Shown: piece by piece, positions 8,307 to 19,365 of the stretch
How the letters are laid out: the number at the start of each line of letters is the position of its first letter
Position numbering within the stretch: the stretch's first letter is position 1
Source of the DNA: an uncultured virus (IMG/VR IMGVR_UViG_3300008108_000012)
Taxonomy: Duplodnaviria > Heunggongvirae > Uroviricota > Caudoviricetes
IMG/VR virus record: IMGVR_UViG_3300008108_000012
Reading direction: 5' to 3' (one strand)
Length of the DNA: 20,000 nucleotides
Made by a program: the position numbers and the translations under genes
The notes under the pieces: generated by a model
Told to the model about the DNA's origin: nothing
Seen by the model: the letters and a program-made list of their open reading frames with translations, nothing else
The model's database searches: none

Positions 8307-10169
8307 ATGATTACCACTCCGCCAAATGTTTACATAACAGCTAAAGCTGCCAGAATAACTGCTTCGTCGATATGGTCTTATGGGACTATTAATTTGTCTT
8401 CTAGATTTATTAAGCGCCTCGGCAAAACCGTACAAGGATTAAATCCGGTAGCCCTAATGGTTACTGGTCCAGTTTATAACGGCTCCGCAATGTATTCATT
8501 TAGTTCAAAAACGAAACATTATATTGTTGTCCCAAGATTTGATGCGGATGGAAACGCTGTAACTGACAAGCAAGCAAGAGATGCATATACTGCTACAGGT
8601 TTGCATTTGGGCATTTTTAAAAGCAATGCTGCAGCAACAAAATACGCTACAGCTTTAGAAAAAGCATATAAGTCATGGGCCGTCAGAAGCATTGAGACCG
8701 AATTTCTTAGAGACAAACAGCTGGTTGACGCAACTTTTCAGTATTCAGATAATGAGTCTTTAAGTTGGTATACGGGAAATATTGATTTATTTTCGAGACC
8801 AGTTGTTGAGAATGCTGACAAGACAGTATCCACCTTGTTGTCAATATCCGTATTTCTTGGTGGTAAACACGTACTAATACCAAGGGTTGTTCTTAGAGCA
8901 AACAGGCCGACAATAGTTTCTTCCGAGGAAGCAATAAAAGAATACCAAGCAACTGGGCAGCATCTTGGCAAATTTGCGACATCGAAAGAAGCAAGAATCG
9001 CCGCTAAAATGTTGTCCAAACAACAGGACACATACTATAAGAAATTTTATAAAGAGCCATCTGAAGCAGCCTTGTCAAGAGCTTGGCAGCCAGTTGAAAC
9101 TTTACTCAAATCCGGAAAAGGAACACCACCTTTTGCTGGCATTATTCGCCTTCCGGATATTGCAGACGCCACAGCACAGCAGTATTTTTATGACAACTTA
9201 TTAAGCGTTAGGGTCCAATACAACATGGACCTAACATCTGCCGTGACCTTAACCATACGAGATGAAAATTTTTTAATGATGGACAACAATTATTTTGTTC
9301 CACGAAGGCTGGTTGAATACAGAGGACGAAGTTACGAGATAGCAGACATATCCTGCGGACCAGGGCAATCAGGCTCACCAGAAGTAAGTATTTCAATTTG
9401 CAGTCGTGCCGTACAGCAGATGAAAAGAGACAAAAAACGTGGTTCTGTTAAAGGCAACTCAGGGTATGATTACGCTAGAAATGCTGCAATAAAATACAAC
9501 CTTGGATTCGTAGGTCAAAAAACAGCTAAAACTAAATCTCAATTTAATGCAAAAAGCGGAGACCAAGAAGAATCTGTTTGGAATGTTTTAAACAGAACAG
9601 CAGGCTCAAATCAATACGTCTGTTTTGAAGTTGACGGCATACTTTTTTATGCACAACACGAATATTTAATGTGGAGATTTGGGCTCATAGAAGCGCTTGT
9701 GCGTAGCGGCGGAAAGTCCCTCATAAGAAAATACACACCGTTGCTGCATCTTCCAGGAAACGACGGACCTGTGTCGCAATTTGAATTAGAAAAAGCTGGT
9801 ATAGCAGAACAAACTGGAATTAAATATTCTCGTCATTTGGTTGACAGATTTGGTTTCAGGCTAGAAACATGGCCGCAATTTGAAACGTCAGACAACGACC
9901 CTCTAGCCGCTACGGGCTCATGCCGTGTACAGATGCCCAATGGTGGACAATTACGTCCTGGGCATACAGTTATAGTGGGACCTAAACCTGATTATTTTTT
10001 TGGCGCGTATTTGATTACATCTGTTTCGTTCACGGAAGGTTCTCCAGAGTCTGCACAGGTTTCTTTCCGTACACCATTAGAGCCACTTACTCAAAAAGGA
10101 AAACCCATAACGAGCTTGGCGGCAACTTCGCCAGTGTCTTTGGGCCAGAGAAGCATAGGAATTTTATAA
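8307..10169 (+). CDS. Baseplate hub protein (gp27/gpD-like) with duplicated N-terminal accessory domain
   Basis: SD AGGAG. The C-terminal ~330 aa follow the hub pattern (SVRVQYNMD..SAVTLTIRD; ESVWNVLNRTA...FEVDGILFY; LRPGHTV...YLITSVSF). The N-terminus has two 'ATGxHLGxF' repeats. Confidence 0.75.
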   Translation: MITTPPNVYITAKAARITASSIWSYGTINLSSRFIKRLGKTVQGLNPVALMVTGPVYNGSAMYSFSSKTKHYIVVPRFDADGNAVTDKQARDAYTATGLHLGIFKSNAAATKYATALEKAYKSWAVRSIETEFLRDKQLVDATFQYSDNESLSWYTGNIDLFSRPVVENADKTVSTLLSISVFLGGKHVLIPRVVLRANRPTIVSSEEAIKEYQATGQHLGKFATSKEARIAAKMLSKQQDTYYKKFYKEPSEAALSRAWQPVETLLKSGKGTPPFAGIIRLPDIADATAQQYFYDNLLSVRVQYNMDLTSAVTLTIRDENFLMMDNNYFVPRRLVEYRGRSYEIADISCGPGQSGSPEVSISICSRAVQQMKRDKKRGSVKGNSGYDYARNAAIKYNLGFVGQKTAKTKSQFNAKSGDQEESVWNVLNRTAGSNQYVCFEVDGILFYAQHEYLMWRFGLIEALVRSGGKSLIRKYTPLLHLPGNDGPVSQFELEKAGIAEQTGIKYSRHLVDRFGFRLETWPQFETSDNDPLAATGSCRVQMPNGGQLRPGHTVIVGPKPDYFFGAYLITSVSFTEGSPESAQVSFRTPLEPLTQKGKPITSLAATSPVSLGQRSIGIL

Positions 10170-10439
10170 ATGATTAACGACCCTCTATCAAGATTTACGA
10201 GCTCATCTCGAGGTTCAAGCGGAGCCCCTTTTCGGGTTGGGGTTCATATTGCAAAAGTGTCAAGAGTTGCTGCTAATGGGAAACTTTTTATAGTTATTCC
10301 GACAGTAAATCCCACCCAAACCATAGGGCCATGTTCTGTTTTTACAGAATCGGAAATTGAGGCTGGAGACAAGGTTCTTGTTGCATTCTTGGATGCAAAG
10401 CTAGATGATGTCGTTGTGGTGGCAAAACAGACCGCCTAG
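10170..10439 (+). CDS. Baseplate spike OB-fold protein (gpV/gp45 N-terminal domain-like)
   Basis: 89 aa after the hub. GVHIAKV...LFIVIP...EAGDKVLVAFLD...VVV fits the gpV/VgrG OB-fold pattern. Confidence 0.72.
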   Translation: MINDPLSRFTSSSRGSSGAPFRVGVHIAKVSRVAANGKLFIVIPTVNPTQTIGPCSVFTESEIEAGDKVLVAFLDAKLDDVVVVAKQTA

Positions 10440-10479
10440 ATGGGCAAACTGTTATAAAATGAATATTGGCAGGTAACGC

Positions 10480-10776
10480 ATGGACACTCTAAAATTTCCA
10501 TTATCATTCAGCAGGGGCCGTGCTGTTGTCATACCCGAAAACACGGACGAGTACAAATCTCAAGCTGTGGCAATACTGGTTAGGACTAACATCGGAGAAA
10601 TGCCGATGGAGCCAACATTTGGTATTACAGACCCGAGTTTTAATGTTTTCTTTAATTCAGAATTTTTGAGAAATATGAACACTTTTTGGCCAGACATAAA
10701 AATTTCTGATGTTTCTGTTGACGCTCGTGGAAGCGCATCTGGAGCCATTCGTCTAAACGTGAAATTTGAGGATTAA
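10480..10776 (+). CDS. Baseplate wedge / sheath initiator (T4 gp25 / P2 gpW-like)
   Basis: 98 aa. TLKFPLSF...LVRTNIGEMPMEPTFG matches the gp25 T..GER...P.FG pattern, and the gene precedes baseplate J. Confidence 0.85.
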   Translation: MDTLKFPLSFSRGRAVVIPENTDEYKSQAVAILVRTNIGEMPMEPTFGITDPSFNVFFNSEFLRNMNTFWPDIKISDVSVDARGSASGAIRLNVKFED

Positions 10777-10778
10777 AC

Positions 10779-12272
10779 ATGGCTTCACCAGACTTCTCCC
10801 AATATATTGACTTATCGATTGATGATAGAGACGCCGCAGACATCTATGACGATTCAGTAGAGTACGCTCGTCTAGCTTTACCAGAGTTCACCCCGAGAGT
10901 TGGAACAGTAGAAGACTCGATACTTCAGGCATGCGCGCTAATAGGTTCTCTCAACATTGCTGCAATCAACAGAATTCCCCATGGTCTTATGGAGGGAATA
11001 CTCCAGCTAATGGGTGTAATTAGGTATGAGGCAACATTTTCTACAGTAGAAGTTGAATTTACGTTGTCCAACGACGGAGAAACAGTTCCTGTTGATTTCT
11101 TCGTTGTATACGAAGCAGTAGTGGGAGAAGAAACCGTCCAATACCCATTTAGGACAACATCTCAAGTGACAGCAGGAGTTGGCGACTCTGTAGTGACGGC
11201 TACCCTAACATGCGAAATATCGGGCGTTATCCCAACACTACTTTCTGGAACAGAGTTGGTGATAGTTCAGCCAAACGCAACAGTTCTTTCTTGTGTGACT
11301 ACGGCTTTAGTTCAGCAGGGTGATGAACCAGAGACTGATGACGAATACTTTGCACGAGCAACGTCTCATCTAGCTTCCTTGAGCTCCTCTCTCGTTACTG
11401 CAACACAAATTGAAGAATTCATAATCACCCAATACCCAGACGTGCATAGATGCAAGGTTTACGACCTGTGCAATCCAGTTGTTGATTTCGATGCAACTTT
11501 TGCCCCTGGAGCGCTAACTGGTACTAATTCCGGGCCGGCAGTAGGCAACACGACTGCTGATTTTATATCTGATTCTACGTTTTCTGACTACACAAGGGTT
11601 ATAAACACAAGCACTGTCACTGCGGAAAAAAATTATTTAATTTCCGGTGTTTATAATACAACTGCTTCTACTGCAACTGCTTTTACGTTTACTAGGAATG
11701 CTTATGAAGCACCTCCAGGCGAGATAGACGTAGATGGAGCGTTCATTGACCTATTTAGGCTTCGAAACGACTTATCAGAACCTGCAGCTGGATATTTCGT
11801 AATAGTTCTTTGCGACGACGACGGAAATCCAATTTCTGACACTGTTAAAACTTCGATTACGCAAGATGTTTCCGCAAGAATAGTTGCCGGGTTGTCATTT
11901 GTGATACTTGATGCTCTTGTATGCGATGCTTCGTTTTCTGTTGATATATCAGTAGACAGCGAGTACTCTGCCGCAAGCGTTGTGACAAACGTTGCTGAAG
12001 AACTTGAATCTTTTGTTTCTCCGGCTAACTGGCCTAACTGGAATCCGTCTGTACGACTATTTGACCTTGTTGTTAGGGCCAATTCTGTTGAAGGCGTAGC
12101 ATATGTCAACTCCGTTACAGCGACCATACCCGAATTTGGAGATTATACGTACGTATCCCCAGGCAACGAGCTAGTAATCCTAGAGACCACATCAGGCTCT
12201 GCAGTAACAGGATTGCAAATGGTTTACAAGGGAAGTCTTCCTAGAGCAACAGTGGAAGTGACTGTTTCGTGA
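10779..12272 (+). CDS. Baseplate J-like wedge protein
   Basis: 497 aa. LPEFTPRVG.VE, GLMEGILQLMGV.R, and GDEPETDDEYFAR...LVTATQIEE fit baseplate J, as does the C-terminal VEGVAYV. Confidence 0.9.
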   Translation: MASPDFSQYIDLSIDDRDAADIYDDSVEYARLALPEFTPRVGTVEDSILQACALIGSLNIAAINRIPHGLMEGILQLMGVIRYEATFSTVEVEFTLSNDGETVPVDFFVVYEAVVGEETVQYPFRTTSQVTAGVGDSVVTATLTCEISGVIPTLLSGTELVIVQPNATVLSCVTTALVQQGDEPETDDEYFARATSHLASLSSSLVTATQIEEFIITQYPDVHRCKVYDLCNPVVDFDATFAPGALTGTNSGPAVGNTTADFISDSTFSDYTRVINTSTVTAEKNYLISGVYNTTASTATAFTFTRNAYEAPPGEIDVDGAFIDLFRLRNDLSEPAAGYFVIVLCDDDGNPISDTVKTSITQDVSARIVAGLSFVILDALVCDASFSVDISVDSEYSAASVVTNVAEELESFVSPANWPNWNPSVRLFDLVVRANSVEGVAYVNSVTATIPEFGDYTYVSPGNELVILETTSGSAVTGLQMVYKGSLPRATVEVTVS

Positions 12273-13483
12273 TTACTAATAGGTTGGTGGGCGATGCTTT
12301 TACATTACACAGCATCAACAATCTTAGTTCTTGGTCTGCTGGCGCATCTACAGTTATAAGCGATGGAGGTCCGACCGAACTATTACCTAGACTCAACTGT
12401 AGACAAATAGAAATTGGCGGCGGATTAAATAACTCTATTTACATAGAACCACTTCCTGGAGACGAATCTCTAAACAACTCCGCCGCAGTTTTTACTTTTG
12501 CTATAAAAATACCAAATGGCGGACTGGTAGATGTATCTGTTGAAGACGTTTCAACACTATCTATTGCATCTATATATAGCTTCGTAATTAATGCATCTAG
12601 CCCTTCTATCAATGCTGAAGGAGTTGCCTCCCCTCAGTGGTCAATAGTGAGAGTGCTTACTGATGTTTTTGACTCTTCAACTCCCGCTGTAAAAATAACC
12701 ATTAGCATCGAAAAAAACCAATCAGAAACAGCTTATTTTTCGAGTCCGGTTTTTGTCCCGCAAATGGAGTTTGCTAACGAAAGCACAGCGTTGGGCAAAG
12801 TGGCTTCTCTTCTACCTCAGTTCATGCTTGAAGACGATTTTTCCATTACAGAACCAATCGACATGCCATTAATGAGATTTATAGATGTCTGTACTGTTGG
12901 TTTAGATTCCGTTATAAACAAAACACTCGACATGTCCTACCTTGATGCCCAAGACGGGAAAGACGAACAGTCCATTAATACACTAAGCACGCTCGTCAAC
13001 CCACGCGCAGCGCAAGTGTCAGATTTGCTCTGGTTGGCAAAATTTGTTGGAACAAAACCGGTTACACGCTTTACATCCTCAACGGAAGAGGAAACTGATG
13101 CTTTTGTCCTAAACAGCTCAGAACTAAACAGTGCCGACACATTAAGAATTACATCTTACTCATCTTTGAATCCTCCTGTTTTCGACCTTGAAGTACAAAG
13201 AGATTTACTTGATTGGCAAGTGTCCACAGGGTCGTTTGGGTTCAATGCCGGAACAACATCAGCAATTGAAGATTCAGTAAAGCTGATGCTCATCGGAAAC
13301 AAAACTGTGAACCTGGATTATGACTACTCTACGAATCCGTTCGAAATAGAAATTCAAACGCCATGGTATGAAACACTAGGCGCTGATGAAACAAAAATAG
13401 GAGAAAGCTCTGTTTTAGTCATGGAAGCAGTGCAAAGAGCTAAACCTGTAGGTGTTTTGCTAACGCATGTCATGACGGCATAG
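12269..13483 (+). CDS. Baseplate wedge protein (P2 gpI-like) with N-terminal beta-rich extension
   Basis: GTGA overlap with J. The C-terminal half has LLPQFM..DD...PLMRFI, NPRAA...LLWLAKFVG, GTTSAIE and RAKPVGV. Confidence 0.72.
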   Translation: MITNRLVGDAFTLHSINNLSSWSAGASTVISDGGPTELLPRLNCRQIEIGGGLNNSIYIEPLPGDESLNNSAAVFTFAIKIPNGGLVDVSVEDVSTLSIASIYSFVINASSPSINAEGVASPQWSIVRVLTDVFDSSTPAVKITISIEKNQSETAYFSSPVFVPQMEFANESTALGKVASLLPQFMLEDDFSITEPIDMPLMRFIDVCTVGLDSVINKTLDMSYLDAQDGKDEQSINTLSTLVNPRAAQVSDLLWLAKFVGTKPVTRFTSSTEEETDAFVLNSSELNSADTLRITSYSSLNPPVFDLEVQRDLLDWQVSTGSFGFNAGTTSAIEDSVKLMLIGNKTVNLDYDYSTNPFEIEIQTPWYETLGADETKIGESSVLVMEAVQRAKPVGVLLTHVMTA

Positions 13484-13507
13484 TTAAAAACGGCAAGGAG
13501 TCATTTA

Positions 13508-13747
13508 GTGTTTGACAACGAAGAGCAAGCCCTAAGGGAACAATTTGAACACCTGATACGCGACATATTGCCTTCCAGATTGGTGACAAATTTTATAATT
13601 ATCGCGGAAGTGGCAGGAAATGAAGCGAGCGAGCTGTCTGTTTCAGTTTCTTCTGGAATGAGTCCCTGGCTTGCGAACGGCATGCTCGAATATGCATCTG
13701 ACATAATTATGTCGGGGGAATGTTCCTATCCAGGCGAATTCGAATAA
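13508..13747 (+). CDS. Small acidic hypothetical protein
   Basis: 79 aa with a GTG start and AAGGAG SD. LVTNFIIIAEV...PWLANGML is reminiscent of small actinophage proteins (recollection only). Confidence 0.7.
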   Translation: MFDNEEQALREQFEHLIRDILPSRLVTNFIIIAEVAGNEASELSVSVSSGMSPWLANGMLEYASDIIMSGECSYPGEFE

Positions 13748-13814
13748 TGTCAAGAAGTTATTGGCTAATCAAGCCAAGAACCTTAATCTACAATATATTA
13801 ATGGAGAAAAAGCC

Positions 13815-14180
13815 GTGATATCCGGAACGTATAACATTCTGTGCGAGCAGGGAACTACGTTTGTCCGCGTACTCGAACTTCAGGCACCCTCTCCTGATGA
13901 CCCTTCGGTTTACGAAGTTTATGACCTAACGGGTCATACTGCACGAATGCAGGTTAGGAGAACTATTGACTCTTCTGCGGTAATGATTGAGTTGACCACA
14001 GAAAACGAGGGAATAGAAATAGACGGCGATGAGGGGAAAATAACCATCGTGATGAGCGATGCTCAAACTGGTTCCCTCACTTCCAGTGGCGTTTATGACC
14101 TTGAAATCGAAGATGGCGGCGGGAATGTATCACGGGTGATACAAGGAACGTTTACCTTGTCGCAAGAGGTAACGCGATGA
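13815..14180 (+). CDS. Small Ig/BppU-N-like virion structural protein
   Basis: Start is re-assigned to GTG 13815 (GGAG at 13803-13806). YNI..EQGTTF...YDLTGHTARMQVR...GKITI...YDLEI...RVIQGTF is a common phage beta-sandwich pattern. Confidence 0.7.
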   Translation: MISGTYNILCEQGTTFVRVLELQAPSPDDPSVYEVYDLTGHTARMQVRRTIDSSAVMIELTTENEGIEIDGDEGKITIVMSDAQTGSLTSSGVYDLEIEDGGGNVSRVIQGTFTLSQEVTR

Positions 14181-14488
14181 GCAATACCGTCCCTAACAAT
14201 GTCAACGTTTATCAAGATACCCCTAATCAGGTATTAATTGACCAAGAAGCGCCGAACCAAGTAATTGTTCGCACTGGTGGCGCTGCTGGCAATACGCGTC
14301 GATTTGTATATGCCCAGTCGACACCATCTGCAACTTGGGTAATCACACATACGCTTGGTGGAAAGCCAGTAGTGGTAATAGTTGATTCTGCTGATACCTA
14401 CGTTATAGGTGAGGTAACATATAACAGTACATCACAAATAACCGTTAGCTTCACAGCTCCCTTTTCCGGATTCGCATACTTGACATAA
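14177..14488 (+). CDS. Small virion structural/decoration protein
   Basis: ATGA overlap, 103 aa. The C-terminal domain is WVITHTLGGKPVVVIVD...GEVTY...ITVSFTAPFSGFAYLT. Confidence 0.7.
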   Translation: MSNTVPNNVNVYQDTPNQVLIDQEAPNQVIVRTGGAAGNTRRFVYAQSTPSATWVITHTLGGKPVVVIVDSADTYVIGEVTYNSTSQITVSFTAPFSGFAYLT

Positions 14489-14497
14489 GGCAGGACC

Positions 14498-15796
14498 ATG
14501 GCAACCAAGTTTTTAACAAATCTTGACCTCAACCAGAACCAGATTCTCAACGGAAGGTTCGAGGTTGTAGCAACAGACCCATCTTCGAACAACTTCGAAG
14601 GTCGGATGATTTATAACAGCACTGAAGACACTATCAAGGTGTACTCAGGCTCCGCATGGCGCAAGATGCTTCACAATGTCCAATCTGGTGGAACCCATAC
14701 GGACGCTATTACCATTTCGGAATCAAACGGACAGGTAACTCTCACTCTAAACCTCGCTGACACAGACAGCGCCGGTTTGCTTTCTAGCGCTTTCTGGAAC
14801 GACCTTACTGATGCTACCTCGGATGCCACAGCCTCAAAGCTGGTCAAGCGTGACGCAAACGGCAATATTAAGGTCGCGACTCCAACAGATGCTGCGCATG
14901 CCGCAACTAAAGGTTATGTAGATGCCGCCCGCCAAGGCCTTGATGTTAAGAAGTCAGTCCGTGTTGCGACAACAGTAGAAGTTAATCTTTCTACAGAACT
15001 TGAAGCTGGCGATACCCTTGATACAAGCGTTACCCTTGTAGCTGGTGACCGCGTTCTTGTTAAAAACCAGTCAACAGCATCGCAAAACGGTATCTACGTT
15101 GTCCAAGCAACCGGTGCAGCAGTACGCGCTACAGACGCTAACGGCACAGCTGACACTGGAGAAGTATCTGGCGGAACATTCACCTTCGTTGAAGAAGGTT
15201 CTGTAAACGCAGACTCCGGCTGGGTTGTTTCGAGCAACGGAGCAATCAATGTTGGCACAGACCCAATGACTTGGGTTCAATTCTCAGGTGCTGGCCAAGT
15301 AATCGCTGGTGACGGTCTCACAAAAGACGGCAACACTCTCAATGTGGGTGGGACAACCGACCGTATTACTGTTACCGCAAACGCAGTTGACATTGCATCA
15401 ACATATGTCGGCCAAAACACGATTACTACTCTTGGAACAATTACCACCGGTACGTGGAATGGCGTAGACGTTGCTGTGGCAGATGGTGGTACTGGTTCAA
15501 GCACCGCTTCTGGGGCTCGTACAAATCTCGCTGAAACATCCGCTTCCGGGCTAACAACAAGCACGCCGGTTATAGCGAGAATATCCAAGCAAGGCTGTGC
15601 CGCGTCGGCCGCAGGCGTCTCCACCACAACAGTTACGCACAACTTCGGCACCACAGACGTGATGGTCCAAATCTATGAAGTTGCAACTGGTGCAACTGTT
15701 TTTGGCGACATCACCCGCTCAAACGGAAACACGATTTCAGTGGTCCTCAATGGAACAATTTCAGCAAATGACTACACAATAGTTGTTACAGGTTAG
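14498..15796 (+). CDS. Fibre/decoration protein (COG5301-like phage tail-fibre domain)
   Basis: 432 aa. It has AATKGYVD..QGLDVKKSVRVATT, GDRVLVKNQ..ASQNGIYVV, FVEEG...DSGW and VAVADGGTG, plus a C-terminal VTHNFGT.DV.VQIY domain. Confidence 0.75.
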   Translation: MATKFLTNLDLNQNQILNGRFEVVATDPSSNNFEGRMIYNSTEDTIKVYSGSAWRKMLHNVQSGGTHTDAITISESNGQVTLTLNLADTDSAGLLSSAFWNDLTDATSDATASKLVKRDANGNIKVATPTDAAHAATKGYVDAARQGLDVKKSVRVATTVEVNLSTELEAGDTLDTSVTLVAGDRVLVKNQSTASQNGIYVVQATGAAVRATDANGTADTGEVSGGTFTFVEEGSVNADSGWVVSSNGAINVGTDPMTWVQFSGAGQVIAGDGLTKDGNTLNVGGTTDRITVTANAVDIASTYVGQNTITTLGTITTGTWNGVDVAVADGGTGSSTASGARTNLAETSASGLTTSTPVIARISKQGCAASAAGVSTTTVTHNFGTTDVMVQIYEVATGATVFGDITRSNGNTISVVLNGTISANDYTIVVTG

Positions 15797-15803
15797 GAAT
15801 AAT

Positions 15804-15992
15804 ATGAAAATTACAGCAGAACAAAAAGCAATGCTTGCATCATACGCAAGAAGCGTATTGGGCGCAGCAGTTGCCACTTACGCAGCGACTAGCGATATTA
15901 AGCTGGCAGCAAATGCTCTTTGGGCGGCAGCACTCCCAGTTGTGCTTCGCTACCTGAACCCCAAAGATACAGCATTCGGCAAAAAGGCTTAA
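15804..15992 (+). CDS. Putative holin-like small membrane protein
   Basis: Start is re-assigned to ATG 15804 (AGGA SD). 62 aa with two Ala-rich hydrophobic helices and a basic C-terminus (LRYLNPKDTAFGKKA). Confidence 0.6.
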   Translation: MKITAEQKAMLASYARSVLGAAVATYAATSDIKLAANALWAAALPVVLRYLNPKDTAFGKKA

Positions 15993-15997
15993 TGCCT

Positions 15998-16013
15998 AGC
16001 CCTGAGGGGCTTT
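15998..16013 (+). terminator. Short GC hairpin after holin-like gene
   Basis: AGCCC-TGAG-GGGCT followed by TT. The stem is short and the U-tract weak. Confidence 0.35.
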
Positions 16014-16036
16014 AAACTAGAGAAACGACCGAGGTC

Positions 16037-19021
<2,985 letters not shown>

Positions 19022-19029
19022 GAAACATT

Positions 19030-19365
19030 ATGGCTACTTTTACAAAAGAAATCCTTAGCGGTTTGGCTGCGACAGCATCTGCTGGAACCGTTATCCATAC
19101 AGGTCCAACTGTTGCTACAACCCTTGATGAAGTTTGGCTTTACGCCAGCAACCCCTCCAGCGCACAACGAACATTGACAATTCAATGGGGTGGCACAACC
19201 AGCCCGAACGACCATTTTGTTCTTTTTCTTCCAGCACAAAGCGGTCTTATCGTCATAGCACCTGGTTTAATCATAAAAGGAAACGCAACCCCTCTAGTTG
19301 TTCGTGCTTTTTGTGACTCTGCTAACCAAGTAAACATCAGTGGATATGTAAACGAGATTGCATAA
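19030..19365 (+). CDS. Small beta-rich protein, putative fibre adaptor/chaperone
   Basis: 111 aa (MATFTKEILSG...DEVWLYASN...VNISGYVNEI) with an AGGA SD overlapping the fibre stop codon. Function is inferred from position. Confidence 0.7.
   Translation: MATFTKEILSGLAATASAGTVIHTGPTVATTLDEVWLYASNPSSAQRTLTIQWGGTTSPNDHFVLFLPAQSGLIVIAPGLIIKGNATPLVVRAFCDSANQVNISGYVNEIA

Noticed and set aside
1..13483. Extracellular contractile injection system or tailocin rather than a phage
   Set aside because: No AAA+ ATPase or second tube gene is seen. A frameshifted chaperone, a 1715-aa tape measure and a large fibre cluster favour a phage. It cannot be fully excluded because head genes lie outside the window.
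13481..13508. In-frame TAG readthrough fusing the gpI-like gene to the 79-aa ORF
   Set aside because: The frames do coincide, but the downstream ORF has its own AAGGAG SD and the upstream protein ends at a typical KPVG...terminus.
13761..13814. Track start codons at 13761 (also 243, 1510 and 15783)
   Set aside because: Better-supported starts exist at 13815, 1519 and 15804, and the sheath ORF begins upstream of the window.
15998..16011. Resemblance of GCCCTGAGGGGC to lambda boxB
   Set aside because: It lacks the purine pentaloop and any boxA, so it is treated as a generic short hairpin.
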